From IMG/VR virus record IMGVR_UViG_3300036943_000251, positions 1 to 39,077 of that record: DNA of 39,077 nucleotides; one strand, written 5' to 3'. The DNA is from a virus (taxonomy: Duplodnaviria; Caudoviricetes). Under the pieces are notes generated by a model that had not been told where the DNA came from, did no database searches, and saw only the letters and a program-made list of their open reading frames with translations. Position numbers and translations under genes: made by a program. Positions 1 to 6,973 of this stretch are shown piece by piece (position 1 is the first letter of the stretch; each line of letters opens with the position of its first letter).

Positions 1-46
1 GGAAGATTGGAACTAATAAGAACCTATCTTGAAAGGAGGGAGAAAA

Positions 47-181
47 ATGGCTGAATTATTTGTTTACGCAAGGTGCGAGCATTGCCTGTCTTGGGACTAC
101 CACACCGTGGTTGACCTCAGAAGCAACAGGTATATTGTGTGCAAATGCAAAAAATGTCTGCGGATATTTGCCGTTATTTAG
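47..181 (+). CDS. Small zinc-ribbon-like protein (44 aa)
   Basis: Read manually: MAELFVYARCEHCLSWDY...CKCKKCLRIFAVI; CxxC...CxxC; AAGGAGG SD upstream. Confidence 0.7.
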   Translation: MAELFVYARCEHCLSWDYHTVVDLRSNRYIVCKCKKCLRIFAVI

Positions 182-193
182 AAAGGAGGTAAC

Positions 194-334
194 ATGAGAG
201 ATTGCAGGAAGTGCAGGTTTTATTCACCAAGAGAGAGAGCATTCGGCTTTTGTACCCTAAGGAAGCTCGTTATCTGCTATCCCGGGTATGATTGCCTTAA
301 GTGCCTCTACTATGCCGAAGGATTGGAGGAATAA
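194..334 (+). CDS. Small Cys-rich protein (46 aa)
   Basis: Read manually: MRDCRKCRFYS...FCTLRKLVICYPGYDCLKCLYY; AAGGAGGT SD; TAATG coupling to next ORF. Confidence 0.7.
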   Translation: MRDCRKCRFYSPRERAFGFCTLRKLVICYPGYDCLKCLYYAEGLEE

Positions 335-561
335 TGAGCTGCAAAGACTGTGCGTTTCATTTTAATACGGCTTATTTGTTAGGACGCCAAAGCCATGACT
401 GTTGTTCCTTTGTCAGGAGAGCCTGCCAAAACTGTGCTTTCAACAAAGGGTTAAGATGCAAACTGTTCAATGACAAAATAGAAAACCCCATTCCTTATGA
501 GGATTACATCTCAGCCTACAGGCTGGAGATGTATCCGACGTTAGGGGCTAATCCCACCTAA
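334..561 (+). CDS. Small Cys-rich protein (75 aa; start moved to ATG 334)
   Basis: MSCKDCAFHF...CQNCAFN; GGAGG SD and TAATG overlap favour 334 over GTG 301. Confidence 0.7.
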   Translation: MSCKDCAFHFNTAYLLGRQSHDCCSFVRRACQNCAFNKGLRCKLFNDKIENPIPYEDYISAYRLEMYPTLGANPT

Positions 562-602
562 CGTCTGCGGTTTACACGGGAGTTCCGCCACAAAAACTCC
601 CG
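537..602 (+). terminator. Two adjacent hairpins, possible terminator/boundary
   Basis: GACGTTAGG/CCTAACGTC (537-565) and CGGGAGTT/AACTCCCG (577-602), followed shortly by a T run. Confidence 0.4.
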
Positions 603-627
603 ACCATTTTTAACATAATATAAATAT

Positions 628-939
628 ATGGAAAAACTTAAAAGAAATAAACAAATAGCTAAAGACTTTCAAGAGAGCGGATCCTTTTCCGATATTGCCA
701 GAAAATATGGTCTTTCCTATTCTACCGCTAGGGAAATTATTTATAGGAAACTTAAACCGGAAGAGATAAAAGAAGTGCAGGAGTGGAAAAAAGAGATAAC
801 AAGAGAGGCGGCCAAAGAGAGAAAAAGAATGCTGACAGAAGAACAGAGGGAAAAAAAGAAAGCATATATGCGCGAATACAATAAAAAATATTATCAGAGA
901 AAGAAGTTTGACAGGAATAAGAGTAATGATATACAATAA
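628..939 (+). CDS. HTH DNA-binding protein
   Basis: SFSDIARKYGLSYSTAREII is a typical HTH; basic C-terminal helix. Confidence 0.75.
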   Translation: MEKLKRNKQIAKDFQESGSFSDIARKYGLSYSTAREIIYRKLKPEEIKEVQEWKKEITREAAKERKRMLTEEQREKKKAYMREYNKKYYQRKKFDRNKSNDIQ

Positions 940-965
940 TATTGTATGAACACAAATCACTTAAA

Positions 966-1060
966 ATTCTTTATGGGAATATCCCAGGCACCTATAGTTG
1001 CGAGGCTATAGGTCGGTTTTAAGAAGCCGAAGTGATGCCTGGGATATTTTTGTAAAGAAT
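966..1060 (+). ncRNA. Structured three-way-junction RNA, C4/CI antisense-RNA-like architecture
   Basis: 25-bp basal stem 966-990/1036-1060 with 4 G-U pairs; hairpin 991-1012 with GCGA (GNRA) loop; hairpin 1013-1030; AGUGA junction. Confidence 0.6.
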
Positions 1061-1074
1061 AATCCCCATGCCAC

Positions 1075-2499
1075 ATGAATTTAAGAAAGGCAAAACCTGC
1101 TGAAATAGCCATGGTTATGATAAAGGAGCTCCCTCCTTTGGCTGTTTGCGACAAAACAGAAGAGGTTTATTATTATGAAGATGGGCAATACATATTATTC
1201 CCCACGGAGATGATGAACAGATTTGTCTATAAGTTTTTTGTTGACAATGAATGTAGCGACGCATGGACTGAAAGCAAGGCCAAAGGCATTATAGCCGGGA
1301 TAAGGTATGACCCATACAATGTTCCGATAGTATCATTTGATCAAGACGAAAAGCATATAAACTTAAATAATGGAGTATTAGACACAGAAGGAATAAAGTT
1401 AAAACAACACTCTCCGGAATATTATTTTACTTATAAGCTGGATGTGGATTATAAGCCGGGAAATACTGACTGCCCGGAATTTATGAGTTTTTTGGAAAGT
1501 GTTTTTAACGAACCGAATAAAGACGGAGAGTTTGAACCTGATTGGGAGACAATAGACAAAATATTAAAAATAGGAGGTTATCTTTTATATCCCAAAAATA
1601 AGATGGAAAAATTATTTATGTTTTTGGGAGATGGCAGTAACGGCAAATCTTTTTTGATAGATATATACCAATCTTTTTTCCCGAAAAAATTCGTTACATC
1701 CCTTTCGCTTAAAACACTTTCTGATGAAAACAGTTTCTCTAGAGAGCAACTTATTTACTCCAAGCTCAATATATCCGCCGAGGAAAAAGGGCAGAAGATA
1801 GACTCGGAGCAGATAAAAAGAATAGTTTCCGGACAAGACATAACCGTTAATAAGAAGTTTGAAAAGAATCCAAATATCACCCCCAAAACCAAGATTGTGG
1901 TTGACAGTAACGGATTGCCTTACTTTTCAGACTCCACCCATGGGACATTAAGAAGGATATATTCCATAAAATTTAAAAACAGATTTGTCCCTTATGAAGT
2001 TTATAAGAATTTCCTAGACCCCAAAACCCAAAGAGTTTTCCCGCAAAAACAAAAGTCCGCTTTTTTTTCAAAAATAATGGAAGAGAAATCAGCCATTTTA
2101 AATAAGTTTTTAGATGGTCTTAAATCACTTAAAGACAATGATTGGCACTTAGCTGAAACGCAAAATACAAATGAGATGAGCAAAGAGTATCAAGAAGACA
2201 CGGACACTATCGGCTTTTGGCTTAATGAAAACTATCGCATCCCGACAGAAGAGGAAAAGGAAGAAGATTTTTTTGGAGGGACTCCGGCGACAGAAATTGT
2301 AGATAATTTTTATCAATATTATGTTGAAAACTTTCCCGGTAAAAAGTTTAATTATTCCACCAAAGCCCTTGGCAGAAGAATAAAAGAATTGTTCCGGGTG
2401 GAAACTGAATATAGGTTTATTAAAAATGATGTTAGCGGTAAACGGAAAAAGATAACTGTTTATCCCATAATAGAAAAGAAAGAAAATGAACAGGAGTGA
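1075..2499 (+). CDS. P4/D5-family primase-associated SF3 helicase (no prim-pol domain seen)
   Basis: D5_N-like INLNNGVLD...HSPEYYFT, Walker A GDGSNGKS, IKRIVSGQDITVNKKF, DSNGLP, TLRRI. Confidence 0.9.
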   Translation: MNLRKAKPAEIAMVMIKELPPLAVCDKTEEVYYYEDGQYILFPTEMMNRFVYKFFVDNECSDAWTESKAKGIIAGIRYDPYNVPIVSFDQDEKHINLNNGVLDTEGIKLKQHSPEYYFTYKLDVDYKPGNTDCPEFMSFLESVFNEPNKDGEFEPDWETIDKILKIGGYLLYPKNKMEKLFMFLGDGSNGKSFLIDIYQSFFPKKFVTSLSLKTLSDENSFSREQLIYSKLNISAEEKGQKIDSEQIKRIVSGQDITVNKKFEKNPNITPKTKIVVDSNGLPYFSDSTHGTLRRIYSIKFKNRFVPYEVYKNFLDPKTQRVFPQKQKSAFFSKIMEEKSAILNKFLDGLKSLKDNDWHLAETQNTNEMSKEYQEDTDTIGFWLNENYRIPTEEEKEEDFFGGTPATEIVDNFYQYYVENFPGKKFNYSTKALGRRIKELFRVETEYRFIKNDVSGKRKKITVYPIIEKKENEQE

Positions 2500-3004
2500 A
2501 TTAAAAAAAACATTCAATGTCAGCGACAAATGGGTGTTCAATAAAAGAATAACCTATTTAAAGAATCTTCTTGCCGATCTGAAAAAGGAAAGGGGGAGGT
2601 TTTTTAAACTGTACTGCCAAGCATCTTCCAAAGACGCATGGTTGCCTGGATGGAAGATAGAAAAAATTGATGACAGAATAGAAAAAACTGAAAAAAGTAT
2701 TTATTACCTTAATAAGTTTAAAAACAATGAAGGCCAAGACAATTATGTTGACATTGAAACCATAAAGACAATTCCCATTAAAGATGTGGCTGATAGTTTT
2801 AATTTACCGCTAATAAAATCAACGGATAAAAGGTATTACTGCAAGTTAAGAAATGAAAAAACACCGTCTTGTTGCATATATAGAGAACAAAACAGTTTTT
2901 ATGATTTCGGCTCCAAGCAAGGAGGTAGCGTGATAGATTTTTATATGCAACTGACGGGTTGCAGTTCCGGACAAGCCATAAAAGAATTGAAGAATTATCT
3001 TTAG
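2486..3004 (+). CDS. Stand-alone degenerate CHC2 (DnaG zinc-binding-like) domain protein
   Basis: IPIKDV...YCKLRNEKTPS...FYDFGSKQGGSVIDFYM...AIKEL matches the zf-CHC2 pattern. Confidence 0.8.
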   Translation: MNRSELKKTFNVSDKWVFNKRITYLKNLLADLKKERGRFFKLYCQASSKDAWLPGWKIEKIDDRIEKTEKSIYYLNKFKNNEGQDNYVDIETIKTIPIKDVADSFNLPLIKSTDKRYYCKLRNEKTPSCCIYREQNSFYDFGSKQGGSVIDFYMQLTGCSSGQAIKELKNYL

Positions 3005-3007
3005 CTA

Positions 3008-3036
3008 TTGACAAATTTCATTCTATGATATATAAT
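3008..3036 (+). promoter_or_regulatory. Consensus sigma70 promoter
   Basis: TTGACA-17 bp-TATAAT; near-identical copy at 34315. Confidence 0.9.
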
Positions 3037-3063
3037 AGTATATATGATAAATAATAAAAAGAT

Positions 3064-3294
3064 ATGATTGAAAAACCAATAACAAAATACTGCGAAAAAC
3101 ATGGTATTAGTATCAGGCAATTATCAAAAATGGATGGATTCCCTCTCTCTTATGTTTATCTGTTAAAGCTTAATGCCGGAGAGAAAACGGACATGAGAGT
3201 GGGCACGGCTTTAAAGCTATACAATTATACCAAAGAAAACTTTGGCGATGGGCTTTCCGTTTGGGATATTTTTGATTATAAATATAAATTATAA
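3064..3294 (+). CDS. XRE/Cro-like HTH regulator
   Basis: GISIRQLSKM...YLLKLNAGEK..MRVGTALKL pattern; first gene after the promoter. Confidence 0.65.
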   Translation: MIEKPITKYCEKHGISIRQLSKMDGFPLSYVYLLKLNAGEKTDMRVGTALKLYNYTKENFGDGLSVWDIFDYKYKL

Positions 3295-3310
3295 TTAACT
3301 ACAAAACATT

Positions 3311-3778
3311 ATGTCTGAAGATCTATTTCGGGAAGAAAACATTCCCAAATCAAACTGGATGTCCTTTGACAATGTCGGGGACTACATCAAGGGAACACTG
3401 GTGGACACCTTTTATAAAAAAGGTACGGGACAAATGCCTGACCAATGGGTATATGTCCTGAAAAATGTTACCATTAACAATGATGCCCTAGGATTTGCGG
3501 GTGAAAAGGCTGAAGATATTCAAGAAGAATACAATGTAGGGATAAGAGCTGACAAAGATTTCATCCATTCCAGAATGAAGAAGGCCAAATTGGGTCAAGT
3601 GGTCGGTTTGAAGTTTGAAAAAGAAATACCGCCCAAACAGAAGGGGTATAACCCCGCTAAATCTATTACTCCTTATGTCGGAGAAATGGATGAAAAGGCT
3701 GATGAGTTGATAAAGAAAGATGACGGCATAGACTTCGGCGAAGAAAAGGAGATAAATTCAAGCGACATTCCTTACTAA
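3311..3778 (+). CDS. Putative single-stranded DNA-binding protein
   Basis: Beta-rich OB-like N-terminus (WMSFDNVGDYIKG), acidic tail ending SDIPY, replication context. Confidence 0.6.
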   Translation: MSEDLFREENIPKSNWMSFDNVGDYIKGTLVDTFYKKGTGQMPDQWVYVLKNVTINNDALGFAGEKAEDIQEEYNVGIRADKDFIHSRMKKAKLGQVVGLKFEKEIPPKQKGYNPAKSITPYVGEMDEKADELIKKDDGIDFGEEKEINSSDIPY

Positions 3779-3784
3779 ACTTTT

Positions 3785-4009
3785 ATGAAAATAAACAAAA
3801 TATTCATTCAAAAATCCAGAACCATTAACACCGAAGGCACCCTCGGCAGAGACGCTTACAGGAAGATAATGGTTGGCATGGAAGCGGAGGTAGGTGAGGG
3901 AGAAACCCCGATTAAGGTTAGAAATAAACTGTCCAAGGAGGTTGACGATACCATCAAGGAAGAGATATTGAAGATAAAAACCACTCAAAAAAAATATAAG
4001 AACTTTTAA
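3785..4009 (+). CDS. Hypothetical protein
   Basis: Tightly packed ORF in operon. Confidence 0.7.
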   Translation: MKINKIFIQKSRTINTEGTLGRDAYRKIMVGMEAEVGEGETPIKVRNKLSKEVDDTIKEEILKIKTTQKKYKNF

Positions 4010-4011
4010 TT

Positions 4012-4770
4012 ATGCTTACCAAAGAAGAATACTTCACCAAAGACAATAAGTATCTTAGTAACTCAAAGCTGAATTGGTTTGAGAAAGATAAGTCTTTATT
4101 CAAGAAGTTCTTTATTGATGGTGAATACGAAGACAAGCCGTCGGATCCGATGATAATAGGCAGTGCTGTTGATACTTGGTTGACCGAGGGCAAGGAAGAG
4201 TTTGAGAGACAATATCTTTATGTAACCAAGAGAAACAGAAAAGGAGATACTCCATGGGAAAGGCAGCTCAATAAGACAATGTATGAAGAGGTTGAGAATC
4301 TATGCAAGGCGGTGGAAAGGCAATCTGTGTATCAACATCTAAAAGATTTTGAGAAGCAGAAAATGTTATATTGGGATATGCCTATTGGTGAACACTTTAA
4401 GGGACTTTGCGGGATATTGGATTTTTTAAAAGTTGAAGATGATAGGGCGATAATAGTTGATCTGAAAACCATGAACGGCCAAGGCTCACCTTCAACTTAT
4501 AATTATAAATGTTTAGATAGCGGATATTATAGGCAAATGGCGATGTATAGCTTATTGGTAGAAAAGAATTATAATATCCATGACATAGAATGTTTTCATT
4601 TAGTAATACAGCGAGATGCTGACGGCATATTTCCGGTATATTTTTTTAAGTTCTCAGGCGAAAGGATACAAGAAGCCAAAAGGGAAATAGATGAACTTAT
4701 AACCGAACTTAAAAAGGAAACGAAATTCAAGCCAAGGGATACTAAATGGGAAGATTACATAGAAATATAA
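4012..4770 (+). CDS. PD-(D/E)XK exonuclease, RecE/ExoVIII-like
   Basis: LSNSKL, GSAVD, GILDFL...IVDLKT, YYRQMAMY. Confidence 0.85.
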   Translation: MLTKEEYFTKDNKYLSNSKLNWFEKDKSLFKKFFIDGEYEDKPSDPMIIGSAVDTWLTEGKEEFERQYLYVTKRNRKGDTPWERQLNKTMYEEVENLCKAVERQSVYQHLKDFEKQKMLYWDMPIGEHFKGLCGILDFLKVEDDRAIIVDLKTMNGQGSPSTYNYKCLDSGYYRQMAMYSLLVEKNYNIHDIECFHLVIQRDADGIFPVYFFKFSGERIQEAKREIDELITELKKETKFKPRDTKWEDYIEI

Positions 4771-4776
4771 ATCAAA

Positions 4777-4879
4777 AATGGGGCTGGGGGTTTGCCAGTG
4801 TCTCCGTTGGCCTTACCATGAGGCATAAAGTTATATACTTTAAAACAACGAAAGACATTGACCTCCACCCGGCTCCATT
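4777..4879 (+). ncRNA. Structured ~100-nt intergenic RNA (long stem capped by two hairpins)
   Basis: AAUGGGGCUGGG/CCCGGCUCCAUU, CAGUGUCU/AGACAUUG, CGUUG/CAACG, plus hairpins GCCU/AGGC and UAAAGU/ACUUUA; G-U pairs favour the + strand. Confidence 0.5.
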
Positions 4880-4890
4880 CATATAAATTT

Positions 4891-5217
4891 ATGGCAAAAT
4901 CAAAAAAACCAACACCATTAAAAGATAATGTTATTGTAGAGCTAACACTCAAAAAACCTTCCAAGCTCATTTTGGCGGGTAAAGAAAACGACTATTACAA
5001 GGGGTTTAAACCGCAAAAAGAAGTTGCTTATAGCGTCGGTCCTGACAACAAACAAGTCAAAGAAGGTAATGAGGTTATCGTTGATAAGATGGTAAGGCAA
5101 GACATACATAGAAAAATATCTTTCGGCACTGATGACGAAAGCTTGGAAAACAAAAAAGATTATGTAAAAATATATTATCTTGCCAAGGGAGATGAGATCT
5201 TCGGGCAATATGAATAA
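4891..5217 (+). CDS. groES: GroES-like co-chaperonin
   Basis: KPTPLKDNVIVE, KLIL (mobile-loop-like), KPQ..VAYSVGPD...VKEGNEVI, C-terminal YYL....EIFG; ATG 4891 preferred. Confidence 0.65.
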   Translation: MAKSKKPTPLKDNVIVELTLKKPSKLILAGKENDYYKGFKPQKEVAYSVGPDNKQVKEGNEVIVDKMVRQDIHRKISFGTDDESLENKKDYVKIYYLAKGDEIFGQYE

Positions 5218-6422
5218 TGAGGTTATACCGGCACCAAAGAGAAATTATAGAAAATGCTCCCAAAAAACATTTACTTGCTTGGGGCACGGGTACGGGAAAA
5301 TCTCTGGCTTGCATAAAACTGTCAGAATTATATGGCATACACAACGTCCTGGTAATATGTCCCAAGTCCATAAAAGAACAATGGCGATCTGAAATAAGAA
5401 AGTTCGCTTATGAGCATAGGTTATTCACGGTTAAGACCAAAGAAGAGTTTAAAAGAGATTGGAAAGACTTGACAAAATTTAGAAAAATCATTATAGATGA
5501 AGCTCATCATTTTTCAGGGTATAAATCCCAGCTTCATAAGACCTTAATAAAATATATAAATATAAATAAGCCGGAACAGATATACTTGGCCACAGCCACC
5601 CCGTATCTATCCACTATCTGGAACATATATTCCTTAGGAAAGATACTCGGCTTTGACTGGAAGTGGCACAAATGGAGGCGATACTTCTTCCATGAAGTGC
5701 AAATGGGCAGAAGAACCATCCCACAAGAGAAGAGGCAGATAGACGGGGTGCCGATGGAGAAGATAGTGGCCGATATAATAAACAATAAATTGGGTGGTTC
5801 TGTCAAGCTGGAAGATTGTATTGATGTTCCAAAGCAAACATTCTTAACCGAGAAGTTTGACTTGACAAAAGAGCAATTAAATGGCATGGAAAGCATTGAA
5901 GATGTTAACCATATCGTTTATTGGACTAAGTGCCACCAGATAGGAGGAGGTACATTGAAATCGGACGGCTACATTGAAGACCAGTTTTTCCAGTGCGAAA
6001 AATTAAACAGGGTGTTAGAGTTATGCAAGGAAAACAAAAAGCTGGTTATAGTTTGCAGATATAATAATGAACTTGACCTGCTTGAGAGTAAGATCAAGAA
6101 TAAAAAAGTTATTAAAATAAACGGTCAAACAAAAGATAGAAGCAGCGCAGTCGTTGAAGCCGACTTTTTGCAGGATTGTGTGGTACTGGTAAATGCGGCT
6201 TGTAGTGAAGGATATGAACTCCCGACATTCTCGATGATGGTTTTCTATAGCTACGACTTTAGTTTAAAGAACTACATACAAATGCTTGGACGCATCCAAA
6301 GGATAAACAATTTAAAAAAGAATGTTTATATAAGTTTGATAAATAGAGACTCAATAGATGAGGATGTTTATAAGAGCATACAAAGAAAAGAAAATTTTGA
6401 TATAGAAATCTATAAAAAATGA
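5217..6422 (+). CDS. SF2 (SNF2/DEAH-like) helicase
   Basis: LYRHQ, GTGTGKS, IIDEAHH, ATATP, SEGYEL, QMLGRIQR. Confidence 0.9.
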   Translation: MRLYRHQREIIENAPKKHLLAWGTGTGKSLACIKLSELYGIHNVLVICPKSIKEQWRSEIRKFAYEHRLFTVKTKEEFKRDWKDLTKFRKIIIDEAHHFSGYKSQLHKTLIKYININKPEQIYLATATPYLSTIWNIYSLGKILGFDWKWHKWRRYFFHEVQMGRRTIPQEKRQIDGVPMEKIVADIINNKLGGSVKLEDCIDVPKQTFLTEKFDLTKEQLNGMESIEDVNHIVYWTKCHQIGGGTLKSDGYIEDQFFQCEKLNRVLELCKENKKLVIVCRYNNELDLLESKIKNKKVIKINGQTKDRSSAVVEADFLQDCVVLVNAACSEGYELPTFSMMVFYSYDFSLKNYIQMLGRIQRINNLKKNVYISLINRDSIDEDVYKSIQRKENFDIEIYKK

Positions 6423-6802
6423 AAAAAAGAGAACAAAAATTTACCACAGCGTTTCAAAAGTGGCTCAAATACAACATGCCGGAAAGTGCTTTGTTTGAAA
6501 TTAAGTATGTGAGGAATAATAGATATAATTTTAAGTCAGACAAATCTTTAAGGAAGGAGATGAGGGTATTAAAATTAGCCCGCAACAAATTTATTTATAA
6601 ATTCAGTGATTTTAGCCGCTTAGGGACGCCCTGCGATTGCATTAAACTGAATCAGGGGGAGGGGTATATCGTATTCACTTGGGACGGAAAAAACTTTTAT
6701 ATCATTGAAGTTCACATATTAGAACATCATATAAAAAACGGCCACAAATCTTTAAGCCATAGCGACGCTAAAAAGATATGTAACCGTTCGGGGACATTAT
6801 GA
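6419..6802 (+). CDS. RecU/Holliday-junction-resolvase-like nuclease
   Basis: N-terminal E, FEIK, TPCDCI motifs; follows the helicase. Confidence 0.5.
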   Translation: MKKREQKFTTAFQKWLKYNMPESALFEIKYVRNNRYNFKSDKSLRKEMRVLKLARNKFIYKFSDFSRLGTPCDCIKLNQGEGYIVFTWDGKNFYIIEVHILEHHIKNGHKSLSHSDAKKICNRSGTL

Positions 6803-6972
6803 TTATAATAGAAATTTTAGCTTTAACTTTATTCGGTTTTATAATATTCGCTATTATAAAATCCGGGGTAGAGTTTTGGCAAGATAAGACAGAAGAAGAA
6901 AAAAAAGTGTTTACCAAGTTTATTTTGTGGATCGTTGCGATAATGATCTTTCTTATGATTTTTGGAGCGTAG
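6799..6972 (+). CDS. Small two-TM membrane protein (57 aa)
   Basis: Read manually: MIIIEILALTLFGFIIFAII...FILWIVAIMIFLMIFGA; ATGA overlap with upstream gene. Confidence 0.7.
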   Translation: MIIIEILALTLFGFIIFAIIKSGVEFWQDKTEEEKKVFTKFILWIVAIMIFLMIFGA

Positions 6973-6973
6973 C

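Noticed and set aside
931-947. ATACAATA-A-TATTGTAT palindrome as an operator
   Set aside because: AT-rich, single copy, overlaps a stop codon; insufficient support
966-1060. Hammerhead ribozyme
   Set aside because: Three-way junction lacks the CUGANGA and GAAA core
4780-4877. Bona fide tRNA or tmRNA gene
   Set aside because: No TTCRA T-loop, anticodon arm or tag ORF, and too short for tmRNA; kept only as a mimic hypothesis
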